Assembly: GCA_018433345.1 (NCBI GenBank)
Contig: JAHDRK010000007.1
Location: forward strand, 20,135 to 84,134
Direction: 5' to 3'
Length of the DNA stretch: 64,000 nt
From: Syntrophobacterales bacterium
GTDB lineage: Bacteria; Desulfobacterota; Syntrophia; Syntrophales; UBA2210
The translations under genes and the position numbers were made by a program. Each line of letters opens with the position of its first letter. Position 1 is the first letter of the stretch. The notes beneath the pieces were generated by a model. The model was not told where the DNA came from and did no database searches. It saw only the letters and a program-made list of their open reading frames with translations. Below are positions 8,976 through 19,376 of the stretch, piece by piece.

Positions 8976-9794
8976 TCAGTCTTTCTTTATCCCCATGGCC
9001 TTTGAGCGAAGCGCCGACGCCTCGACGGCGTCCATGATCGTCGCCCGGATTCCACCCTTTTCCAGTGCCTTGATCCCTTCAATGGTGGTGCCGCCGGGAG
9101 AGGTGACCATGTCTTTTAATTGTGAAGGGGTTCGTCCGTCACGTAGACAGAGGGCGGCGGATCCAAGCATGGTTTGTGCGGCCAGTTTCAAGGCCGTTTC
9201 CCGTGGGAGCCCCATCTTGACGCCGGCATCCGTCAGCGCTTCCACTATTATGAAACAATAAGCCGGCCCGCTTCCACTCAGGCCGGTGACCGCGTCCATA
9301 AGACGCTCATCCACCACAACGGTAAGTCCCAAGCTGTCGAAAATAGCCCGGGCCAGTTCAAGATCTTCGTCATCGGTGTTCTTTCCGGGGGAGATTGCCG
9401 AAGCGCCTTCGCCCACGAGGGCGGGTGTGTTGGGCATCACCCGTATGATCCGGCATTGTCCGCCCAGGATTTCTTCGATTGTTGAAAGGGCGACACCGGC
9501 TGCCACGGATATGATAAGCCCGGAAGGTGCTTCATGCGCCATCTCACGTAAGACCGGTTCCATGACCTGGGGTTTGACTGCCAGGATGACAAGGTCGGCC
9601 TCTCTCACGGCCTCAAGATTGTCTGTGGTTGTTTTTGTACTATACCTGGACTCGAAAAGTTCAAGCCGTTCAGTGCTGATGTCAGAGACGGTTATCCGGT
9701 CCGGGGGGACGCCGCATTTTTCTATCAGGGCGCAGGTGAGCACCTCGCCCATGTTCCCCGCCCCCACAACAGCCACGCGCTTTTCATTGATCAT
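8976..9794 (-). CDS. proC: pyrroline-5-carboxylate reductase
   Basis: N-terminal Rossmann VAVVGAGNMG. C-terminal TSPGGTTIEG motif. Confidence 0.9.
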   Translation of the reverse strand: MINEKRVAVVGAGNMGEVLTCALIEKCGVPPDRITVSDISTERLELFESRYSTKTTTDNLEAVREADLVILAVKPQVMEPVLREMAHEAPSGLIISVAAGVALSTIEEILGGQCRIIRVMPNTPALVGEGASAISPGKNTDDEDLELARAIFDSLGLTVVVDERLMDAVTGLSGSGPAYCFIIVEALTDAGVKMGLPRETALKLAAQTMLGSAALCLRDGRTPSQLKDMVTSPGGTTIEGIKALEKGGIRATIMDAVEASALRSKAMGIKKD

Positions 9795-9921
9795 CGGTTA
9801 GGTCCTTTTCATTTTCATTGTAAAATACCTGATCCAGCCTGCATCCCATATAACGCTTGACTTTTAATTGGGCAATCATTATTTAAATCCTAAATTTATA
9901 AACTATATCAGGGATTTTTCA

Positions 9922-10221
9922 ATGTTTATTCTGGCAAATTTTCTCGAAGCGTCCGCCCGTATCCTCCAGATCGGGCTTACAATCTATATGTGGATCATCA
10001 TCATTCGCGCGCTCGTATCGTGGGTCAGCCCCGATCCTTACAACCCCATTGTTCGCGCTCTATATCTCTTGACAGAACCGGTACTTCGGCCTGTTCGGCG
10101 AATCATGCCCACAAGAGGTCTGGGTATCGATCTCTCTCCAATTATCGTAATATTGGCAATAATTTTCCTGCAGGGCTTTCTCGTGAAAACGCTGCTCCAG
10201 ATAGCGATGAGCCTGCATTAA
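9922..10221 (+). CDS. yggT: YggT family membrane protein
   Basis: ALVSWVSPDPYNPIVRALYLLTEPVLRPVRRIMP is a typical YggT core. The ATG at 9922 is preferred over the TTG at 9868. Confidence 0.75.
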   Translation: MFILANFLEASARILQIGLTIYMWIIIIRALVSWVSPDPYNPIVRALYLLTEPVLRPVRRIMPTRGLGIDLSPIIVILAIIFLQGFLVKTLLQIAMSLH

Positions 10222-10235
10222 TAATGGAGGAGGCC

Positions 10236-10664
10236 ATGGCACGCATAAGCCCCGCGGACATCAACTCCCGCATGTTCAAGATAACATTCAGGGGATTTGA
10301 TACCAAGGAAGTGGAAAATTTTCTCGGACTCATCGCTGACGAGGTGGAAACGTTATCAGCCGAAAACAGCATGTTGAGGGACAAGGTCGCCGCCCTCGAG
10401 AAAGAGGTGGCCGGGCTTAAAGAGGAAGAGGAAAAAGTGAGGCGGCGCATGGAGGAAGCCACGGCTTACCGAAACAAAATGGTAAGCGAAGCCCGTTATG
10501 CCGCGGACGACATTATTAAGTCGGCGCAGGCGAGAGCAAACCAGCTTGAAAGCATCGTAAACATGATGAAAGAGGAAAAACATTCCTTGGAGACCTATTT
10601 CAGGTCTTTCTTGAGGTTTAATGTCGAACTTCTCAAAATTTGGGAAAGGGAAGAGGAAGACTAG
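10236..10664 (+). CDS. divIVA: DivIVA domain protein
   Basis: ISPADINSRMFKITFRGFDTKEVENFL is the DivIVA N-terminal lipid-binding domain, followed by coiled coil. GGAGGAGG lies upstream of the ATG at 10236. Confidence 0.8.
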   Translation: MARISPADINSRMFKITFRGFDTKEVENFLGLIADEVETLSAENSMLRDKVAALEKEVAGLKEEEEKVRRRMEEATAYRNKMVSEARYAADDIIKSAQARANQLESIVNMMKEEKHSLETYFRSFLRFNVELLKIWEREEED

Positions 10665-10670
10665 ATCGAA

Positions 10671-10961
10671 GTGCTCCCCATTACGGAAACAGAGGAAGGG
10701 GTTTCCTTTGCCGTGAGGATCGTTCCCCGGTCATCCAGAAACGAGATCGCCGGTATTCAAGATGATGCCCTTAAAATCAAGCTGACGGCTCCTCCGGTTG
10801 AAGGCAGGGCTAACGAAGCCTGCGTCAAATATCTTTCCCGAGTCTTGGGGGTCGCGGGATCGTGTGTTACGATTACGGCCGGCTTGAAGTCGAAAAACAA
10901 ACGTCTATTTGTGGCCGGAATCACCAGGGCGGAGCTGGAATCCAGGATTCGCGAACCATGA
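10671..10961 (+). CDS. yggU: DUF167 (YggU) family protein
   Basis: 96 aa. VRIVPRSSRNEI...LKIKLTAPPVEGRANEA is the YggU signature. Confidence 0.75.
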   Translation: MLPITETEEGVSFAVRIVPRSSRNEIAGIQDDALKIKLTAPPVEGRANEACVKYLSRVLGVAGSCVTITAGLKSKNKRLFVAGITRAELESRIREP

Positions 10962-12574
10962 ATGGACCGGGGAGGCGCGAGGAGAGCGGAGAACCGAGGT
11001 CGGAAAGCTCTGAACGTTCCCGTATTGTTCACGCCGCCGGCGTGGTGGGAGGGGCAACCTTCCTGAGCCGCGTTTTCGGTTTTGTCCGCGACATGGTGAT
11101 TGCGGCCGTCTTCGGCGCAGGCATGAGGACCGACGCCTTTTTCGTGGCCTTCCGTATACCCAACCTCCTGCGAAGCCTTCTCGCCGAGGGATCTCTCACC
11201 ATCGCCTTCGTTCCTGTGTTCACCGAATACTTAAAAACCCGCACGCGTGGCGAGGCGTTGAAACTCGCCAATTCCGCCTTCACGGTTTTATCCCTCATTT
11301 TGGTCTTAATTACCGTGGCGGGGATTCTCTTGTCGCCGTGGATCGTACGGATCATCGCCTGGGGGTTCGCCTCGGACCCCGAAAAGTTCCGACTCACCGT
11401 ATACCTGACACGACTGATGTTTCCCTACATATTCTTGATATCTCTGGTTGCCCTCTGCATGGGCATTCTCAACTCCCTGCGTCACTTCGCCATGCCGGCC
11501 CTTTCGCCCGTGATGCTCAACATCTCGATGATCGTGGCCGCCCTATTTCTCCGAGGCCTGTTTAATGAGCCCACACTGGCCCTTGCCGTGGGGGTGCTTG
11601 TGGGGGGTGTTTTGCAGCTGCTAATGCAGTTTCCAGTCCTCTTCCGCCTGGGAGTGAGGCTTCGGCCCGACTTCGACTTCAACAATGCGGGGCTGCGAAA
11701 GATAGGGATCCTCATGCTGCCGGCGGTTTTCGGCGCCGCCGTGTACCAGCTCAACCAGTTCGTGGGGACACTGCTCGCCTCCTTTCTTCCAGGAGGGAGC
11801 GTTTCCTACCTCTACTACGCCGACCGCGTAGTCCAGCTTCCGCTCGGCATGTTCGCCATAGCAATAGGGACGGCGGCTCTTCCAAGTTTTTCGGAGCAGG
11901 TCGCCCTGAGAAAGTATGATGAACTGAAGAAGACACTCTCTTTTGCGTTACGGATCATCTTTTTTGTCACCTTGCCATGCATGGCGGCCCTTTTCGTGCT
12001 TCGCGCACCCATAATATCCGTTCTGTTCCAGCACGGTGAGTTTGACGTGACAGCCACTCACGCCTCCGCCACGGCGCTTTTTTTCTATACCCTCGGGCTG
12101 TGGGCTTATTCCGGTCTACGGGTGATGATATCCGCCTTCTACTCCCTAAAGGACACCTCGACACCGGTAAAAACAGCATTTCTTGCCTTCATCGTAAATG
12201 CGGCGGCAGGTCTTTTGCTCATGGGTCCCCTGCACCATGGAGGTCTGGCTCTCGCCCTGTCCATATCGGCATCGGTGAACTTCCTGTCGCTCTTTTTCGT
12301 AATGAGGATAAAGATCGGGGCATTCCTTGACGAGGACTTTTGGCGGTCTATAAAATGCTGTCTGATCTCATCGTTGCTCATGGGAGTTGTCATGTGGGGT
12401 CTTCTCGTCCTCGCGGGATGGGACCCGACCGCGTCACTTGCGGCAAAGACGTTCATGCTGATAGGGGCAATGGCCGTGGGGGTCGGGGTGTTCGTTATCG
12501 CTTCCTTACTTATGCGGAGCGACGAAATGATCTTTCTGCGGGATCGGTTGCTATCGGTATTTTACAAAAGATGA
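10958..12574 (+). CDS. murJ: lipid II flippase MurJ/MviN
   Basis: Polytopic protein. N-terminal ATFLSRVFGFVRDMVIAAVFGAG..DAFFVAFRIPNLLR is the MurJ signature. The ATG at 10958 overlaps the yggU stop (ATGA). Confidence 0.85.
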   Translation: MNGPGRREESGEPRSESSERSRIVHAAGVVGGATFLSRVFGFVRDMVIAAVFGAGMRTDAFFVAFRIPNLLRSLLAEGSLTIAFVPVFTEYLKTRTRGEALKLANSAFTVLSLILVLITVAGILLSPWIVRIIAWGFASDPEKFRLTVYLTRLMFPYIFLISLVALCMGILNSLRHFAMPALSPVMLNISMIVAALFLRGLFNEPTLALAVGVLVGGVLQLLMQFPVLFRLGVRLRPDFDFNNAGLRKIGILMLPAVFGAAVYQLNQFVGTLLASFLPGGSVSYLYYADRVVQLPLGMFAIAIGTAALPSFSEQVALRKYDELKKTLSFALRIIFFVTLPCMAALFVLRAPIISVLFQHGEFDVTATHASATALFFYTLGLWAYSGLRVMISAFYSLKDTSTPVKTAFLAFIVNAAAGLLLMGPLHHGGLALALSISASVNFLSLFFVMRIKIGAFLDEDFWRSIKCCLISSLLMGVVMWGLLVLAGWDPTASLAAKTFMLIGAMAVGVGVFVIASLLMRSDEMIFLRDRLLSVFYKR

Positions 12575-12726
12575 GCATCGTGGTGACCAAATGGTTTTTA
12601 TAAAGACAAGCGTTTTTCACCTTCACCATATTCCGCCGGGGCGGCCCCGGGTGGTCTGGGGAGTATTGACTTGCTACGGTCGAAATGGTAGTGAGTACAA
12701 CCTTATTGTGAATGTATGACAGGTGA

Positions 12727-14013
<1,287 letters not shown>

Positions 14014-14075
14014 TATTTTCGCAAAATGCGCGGTGAACAAATGCTTTTTATCAAGTTAAAACGATCTGTTAAATA

Positions 14076-14161
14076 GGAGGGATGGCCGAGTGGTCGAAGG
14101 CGGCGGTCTTGAAAACCGTTAACCGAAAGGTTCGCGGGTTCGAATCCTGCTCCCTCCGCCA
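14076..14161 (+). tRNA. tRNA-Ser (anticodon UGA), CCA encoded
   Basis: Acceptor GGAGGGA/TCCCTCC. Anticodon loop CTTGAAA. Long variable arm. T-loop GGTTCGAATCC. Confidence 0.9.
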
Positions 14162-14183
14162 TAAGATATGCCGGGCAAGCAGC

Positions 14184-14277
14184 GGAGAGATGGCTGAGTG
14201 GCTGAAAGCGATCGCCTGCTAAGCGATTGTACGCCCCAAAAGGTGTACCGGGGGTTCGAATCGCCCTCTCTCCGCCA
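14184..14277 (+). tRNA. tRNA-Ser (anticodon GCU), CCA encoded
   Basis: Acceptor GGAGAGA/TCTCTCC. Anticodon stem ATCGC/GCGAT with loop CTGCTAA. Long variable arm. Confidence 0.9.
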
Positions 14278-14367
14278 TTATTTATTGAGAGGCTCAAAAA
14301 AGTCTAAAATCGAGTTATCCTCGCCTTCAGACTTTTTATGAGGCCATAATCAATATTTTTCAAATCG

Positions 14368-14444
<77 letters not shown>

Positions 14445-14453
14445 ATAATATCG

Positions 14454-14488
14454 AGGTCTTACGTTACTTTGGGACGTAAGACCTTTTC
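14454..14488 (+). terminator. rho-independent terminator after the tRNA cluster
   Basis: AGGTCTTACGT-N9-ACGTAAGACCT followed by TTTT. Confidence 0.6.
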
Positions 14489-14557
14489 ACGATCCGGTCC
14501 GGGGCAGGCCTATGACGCTTCGACCGGCCGGAGTGATTTATGGGCAATAGAGGCACT

Positions 14558-16288
14558 TCATCTATTTGACAGAGTCCCCGGGAGGGCGGAGACGAAGGCC
14601 GCCAGGTAGGCCGCCACGACCCCCCACCCGAGGACGGTGAAACCGAATTGCATGGCGGCCAGTGCGGCGAGTGGGGCGCCCAGGACGGAAAAACAGCCGT
14701 TTATTCCCCACGCCCAGGCGGTCAGGTGGGGATTGACGCGGCCCAGGCGGCGGAGGGCGAGGGGGAAGGGCATCCCCATGAGAAAAGAAGGAGCGGCGAT
14801 CGCCGCGAGCCCCAGGCAGTATCGCACGGGTCCCGGAAATGAAAGGGTAGCCTCGAAGAGCGGCGTAAGCAAGGCAATCGAGAGAACGAGAACGACGCAC
14901 ACAAGAGCCGCCGCCAGGGGAATAACCGTGCCCCTGGCCGGCATTCCGGAGGTGGCCATGCTTCCCAATCCCATGCCCACCAACAGGGCCGAGATGACAC
15001 CCGCGGCACTGTAAAGGGGGTGTCCCCAGTACAAGATGAAACGCTGGATCCACAGGATTTCAAGGAACATAAAACCAAGCCCCAGGGCCGCGAAATAGAA
15101 GAGCGTCGGCGCGCTTTCCATGCCCGCTTTGCCGCGGAGTTTCAAGAGGGGCGCCAGGATCAGCAGGAAGGCGGCGACCGCGAGAATCCCCGTGGTCAGG
15201 GCGAGCAAGATCACACCCATTTCCGTATAGGCGAGCGACCCGCCTCCCAGGGCGCGCCTCGCTTCCTCAAGTTGCCCCAGGTGGAGAGTCTGGTAAAAAA
15301 AAGGCCGATCGTCAGTGGGGGCGCTGATCATGAAGGGATAGGCCCCGGCGGTCCACTCTCTTCTTTTTTCCAGCAGGGCCGTCATCGCCTCCGCAAAAAG
15401 ATCGTCTTCAACGAGGTGACGCCGGTCTCCGGGGTGAGGTCCGGCGCCCGGAACCCAGGCCCGGTCGAACCCGTGGGTCTCGGCCAGTTCGGCAAGCCTT
15501 GACCGCGCCTCTTCACCCAGCGGTGACGGAGAAACCGCGATCGTCACAAGGTCCCAGTTTCTCAGGGCGGCCAGGTGGGAAGAGGGATCGTCGATGCCGG
15601 CTTCGGAGATCGTTTCAGCCAGCAGCGATATCAGTTTTAGGCTCAACCGGGGTGGATAATCGACATAGAGGCTGACCGAAAGAATCCCCTTGTCATCCAG
15701 CGCCTCCCAGGCGGCCCGAAAGGCCTCGCGGGTGAGCAGGTAGTTTTCCTGGAGCGCCTGCAGGCCGACCGATCCGCCGAAGGTTCCCTGTATGGGGAGA
15801 AGTACCAGGTCGTACCGCGATTCCCTTTCGGAGAGGAAAGAACGACTGTCCATGATCCTGACGGAGAACCTTCCGTTTCGCACGTCCTCTTCATGGGTTA
15901 TTTCGAGCAAATCCGCCACCTCAGGATGAGGCTCCACGGCATCGACGCTCGGCACGCCATGATGAAGGAGGTGGGAAAGAGAAGCGACGGCTCCGGCGTC
16001 GAGCACCAGCGCCCGTTCGGGGAGGCGAAGCGAGAGGGGAAGTGTTTGCACGGAGTAGTCCAAGATGTGGCTGTCCCCCTTTTCAGACGAGAGGACGACT
16101 CCGTACTCGTCGCCGTTTATGTATACACGGGGGGTATCGGGCAGATCTCCGCGGTAGGAAAGACTCAATCCCTTTCCGTAACGCAGGGACGGCGAACGCG
16201 CCACCTGAACCCGACCCATGGGATGGGACCTGTCTTCGGTGATGACGGTACCGGGGAGCCGCGCCGCGTAACTCAGATCCTTGTAAGG
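14558..16288 (-). pseudogene. 3' fragment of an IS-disrupted polytopic spermidine-synthase-like gene (SpeE-like domain + C-terminal membrane domain)
   Basis: The frame is open from 16288 to the stop at 14558. Methyltransferase-fold segment ALVLDAGAV...DLVLLP, a DDRPFF motif, then about 6 TM helices. Joins in frame to 17692..18378 once the IS is removed. Confidence 0.8.
16285..16288. repeat. target-site duplication AAGG (left copy)
   Basis: Identical 4-mer immediately outside both IS ends. Confidence 0.75.
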
Positions 16289-16304
16289 GAAAACCTTTGC
16301 ACAA
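16289..16304. repeat. IS left terminal inverted repeat GAAAACCTTTGCACAA
   Basis: Pairs with the reverse complement of 17673..17687 (GAGACGTTTGCACAA). Weaker similarity extends about 50 nt inward. Confidence 0.7.
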
Positions 16305-16437
16305 CCCCCTCTTGAAAATGTGCGCTTAAATCTGAATTTAAAACGATAAAATCTATCATAACTATTTAATAATATTTGACAATACGTGATTTTTATGTTA
16401 CATATCCGGTCAAATTACACTGATAAAGGAGACCGGG

Positions 16438-17517
16438 ATGGCATTTAAAGAATATAATCATAGACCAAGCTTCCTTGAAATAGAATTGAGCAGCATAATC
16501 GGAAAATCAAGAACACAGAAATTCCTCTCGAATGTTGATTCCTACATCGATTGGGAACCACTCGAATCAATAGTGACATCAAACTATCCCGTAGGACAAT
16601 CAGATTATGGTAATAAGGCCTATCCTCCCTTGATGTTATTAAAAGCAACACTCCTGCAGAAATGGTTCGGTATTAAATCCGATCCCGAACTGGAAAACCA
16701 GATAAATGATCGCATATCATTCAAGACCTTCATAGGTCTGCCCTTAGCAGATCCTTCACCTGATCATTCAGTTATTTGCAGATTCAGAGAACGTGTTGGC
16801 AAAGATACACTGGAAGATATTCATCATGAACTGCTGTATCAGTTTGATTCCCTGGGCTTCTCCATTGAATCAGGCATGGCCGTTGACGCAAGGATAATCA
16901 AGTCTGCAAGTCGTCCCGTGCCCGGCAGGAAACTGAAAGTTCTTAGAGAGAAGAGAAAGGCAAGAGCGCAACAGAGAAAGGCAACCCGGCGATCCATGAG
17001 ATTCCAACGGGATCTTGATTCGGACTGGACAGTCAAGAACAATAAGCCAGTCTTTGGTATGAAAGAACATGCCGCCATTGATGTGAAGAGCGGTCTGGTA
17101 TTATCCACCTGTGTATCGAAGGCATCCGAACATGATACCAACTACTTTCAATATACCGTGGCAAAAGCCATCCATGGTAAAGAGCTTCCTCCGAAGGTGT
17201 ATGCCGACAAAGGCTACTGCGGTGAGCCGAACAGGAACTTTTTGAATATGAATAACATAGGTGATGGTATCATGAGAAAGAACCAGATCAATGCAGCACT
17301 GACGGAACACGAAATTCGGAGAAACAAGATGATCTCAAAGGTCAGATACAAGATTGAGCAGTACTTCGGAATTACCGAAAAATACCACGGAGCAGGTAAA
17401 GCCCGATTCACCACTATCCTGAAGGAGAGTTGGGATCATCTATCCGGAGCCATGGCATTCAACATCAAAAGAGTGATCCTGACAAAGAGAAAACAGGAGA
17501 TCATGGCGGCTGTATGA
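16438..17517 (+). CDS. IS5-family DDE transposase (InsH-like)
   Basis: 359 aa. N-terminal ISFKTFIGLPLADPSPDHSVICRFRER (DUF772-type). Candidate DDE residues lie in AVDARIIKSAS, VYADKGYCG and KIEQYFG. Confidence 0.9.
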   Translation: MAFKEYNHRPSFLEIELSSIIGKSRTQKFLSNVDSYIDWEPLESIVTSNYPVGQSDYGNKAYPPLMLLKATLLQKWFGIKSDPELENQINDRISFKTFIGLPLADPSPDHSVICRFRERVGKDTLEDIHHELLYQFDSLGFSIESGMAVDARIIKSASRPVPGRKLKVLREKRKARAQQRKATRRSMRFQRDLDSDWTVKNNKPVFGMKEHAAIDVKSGLVLSTCVSKASEHDTNYFQYTVAKAIHGKELPPKVYADKGYCGEPNRNFLNMNNIGDGIMRKNQINAALTEHEIRRNKMISKVRYKIEQYFGITEKYHGAGKARFTTILKESWDHLSGAMAFNIKRVILTKRKQEIMAAV

Positions 17518-17672
17518 GGATAGGTATATGTTCTCATACCGAACAGCTCCTTTATGGAGACACAAGGGAAGCAAACTGAATGTCAAAGAGCATTTTAACG
17601 GATCAAATGTGAAAATTAACCAACGATTTTTTTTAAAATTGCCGAATTTAAACATATTTTAAAAGATCGGAA

Positions 17673-17687
17673 TTGTGCAAACGTCTC
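17673..17687. repeat. IS right terminal inverted repeat
   Basis: TTGTGCAAACGTCTC is the reverse complement of GAGACGTTTGCACAA. Confidence 0.7.
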
Positions 17688-17691
17688 AAGG
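17688..17691. repeat. target-site duplication AAGG (right copy)
   Basis: Identical to 16285..16288. Confidence 0.75.
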
Positions 17692-18378
17692 GGACAGGGG
17701 AAGAGGCGGCGCGTTCGCGCATACGGCGAGTCCCGCGAGAAACAGGACCGACGACAGGGCGGCGTATATTCTTTTCGACCGGTTCCTCTTTTCCGTAACC
17801 GGGGGAATCACGGCGCCCGCTGCCGTAAGGCAGCAGAAAAGCGGAAGTGTTTCTTCAGGATGGAAAAAGAGAAGGAGGACAAGCGCCAGCCCGCCGCCGC
17901 AGGCGGAGCCCACGAGGTTCGCCCCGTAGCGTCGCCCGATGGTTTCCGTGTCCCTTATAAAAACGAGGCCGAGGACCATGGCGAGCAGGAAAAAAGGCAG
18001 GAAGGCCAGTCCCCCCGCCGCCAGAAGGGCGGGCCACTCGCTCATATCCACGAGTAACAGGTGAATGTCCGTTCCCGCCGCCATGTGAAAGGCCGGTGGA
18101 AAAACCGTGAGACAGGAAAGGGCGGTGAGCAAGAGAAAGGCCGGGACCAGCCTGTCCGTTCGGCGTCGCATCCATCCTTCCGCCAGGGCGATGACCGTGC
18201 CGCTGCAGCCGAATCCAAGGAGGGCGATGGAGATGACCACGTAGGCGAAATGATGGCCCTGGATCTGCGAGACGGCCTGCATGAGAACGATCTGCAAGGC
18301 GATGACCACGAGGGAGGCCAGGAATACGACGCCGTCCCAGGCCATGGAATTCCAGGGTCTTTTCGTGACGATCCTCAT
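17688..18378 (-). pseudogene. 5' fragment of the IS-disrupted spermidine-synthase-like gene (N-terminal membrane domain)
   Basis: 230 codons of polytopic membrane protein. The present stop TGA (17686..17688) is made of 1 nt of TSD plus 2 nt of the IS end. The ATG overlaps the pcm stop (ATGA). Confidence 0.8.
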
Positions 18379-19106
18379 GGTTCTTCCGGGCGCACGAGCG
18401 GGACGAAGCGCACCGGCATGAGGGTCTGCGTTCGAAATTCACTTCCTTCCCGTTCCACAAGCACAAGATGCTGGGTGCGATAGGGCGAGCCCACGGGAAT
18501 GATCATGCGGCCGCCATCCTCGAGCTGATCCATGAGCGGAGGCGGTATATGAGGAGCGGCGGCCGTCACGACGATGGCGTCGAAGGGGGCTTCCTCGGGC
18601 CACCCGTAATACCCGTCGCCTTGTCTCACCTTCACGTTCCCGTACCCCGTCCTTCGGAGGTTCTCTTCCGCCCGCCGCGCCAGTTCGGGGATTATTTCCA
18701 CGGTAAAGACGGCTTCGGCTGTTTCGGCAAGCACTGCCGCCTGGTACCCGCTGCCGGAACCGATTTCCAACACCTTGGACGTGCCGTCTATCCGGGCGAG
18801 TTGAGTCATGTAAGCCACCATGGCGGGTTGTGATATGGTCTGCCCGTAACCGATGGGGAGAGGTCGGTCTTCGTAGGCGTTCTTCCTTTGGTGTTCCGGT
18901 ACGAAGAGGTGGCGTGGCACCCGGCCCATCACCTCCAATATCTTTTCATCGTGAATATCGTACTTTTCCTTCAGCAGGGCCACCATGCGCCGTCTTGCCT
19001 CGGCCGTTCCCGGCGTGTCGTGCTTCTCGGCGGCGAAACAGGGCACGACGAATAAAAGAAACAGGAAGGCGGTAACCGACAGAATTGTCGCGACTCGTTC
19101 ACCCAT
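18375..19106 (-). CDS. pcm: protein-L-isoaspartate O-methyltransferase-type enzyme with N-terminal signal/anchor
   Basis: Motifs GYGQTISQPAMVAYM and KVLEIGSGSGYQAAVLAE. The ATG at 19106 has GGAGGAG upstream. The N-terminus MGERVATILSVTAFLFLLFVVPCFAAE is signal-like. Confidence 0.85.
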   Translation of the reverse strand: MGERVATILSVTAFLFLLFVVPCFAAEKHDTPGTAEARRRMVALLKEKYDIHDEKILEVMGRVPRHLFVPEHQRKNAYEDRPLPIGYGQTISQPAMVAYMTQLARIDGTSKVLEIGSGSGYQAAVLAETAEAVFTVEIIPELARRAEENLRRTGYGNVKVRQGDGYYGWPEEAPFDAIVVTAAAPHIPPPLMDQLEDGGRMIIPVGSPYRTQHLVLVEREGSEFRTQTLMPVRFVPLVRPEEP

Positions 19107-19376
19107 GAAAACTCCTCCTTCCCCTCGCCCCTTGCCTTTTACCCGTCCCGAAATTCTATCCCCCCCAAACCCAAAGGTCAATCACCCCCCCCCCTCAAAC
19201 CCGACCCCGGGAGAAAATTGTTTATTTTTACATGGACGGGGAATTCTGCTAAGGTGCGCGAAAATGGGGATGGCGGGGGCGTTCCATGATTTCCGTGCCG
19301 AAGACATTGATCCCGAGGTCGAGTTGTCCACTTTGCCGTCCACTGTTACTCATTACTCAAGCGGGGGATATCAACC

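Larger units (their letters stand above)
16289..17687 (+). mobile_element. IS5-family insertion sequence (1,399 bp)
   Basis: Imperfect terminal inverted repeats, a single DDE transposase ORF, and 4-bp AAGG direct repeats. Visibly AT-richer than its flanks. Interrupts a continuous reading frame. Confidence 0.85.
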
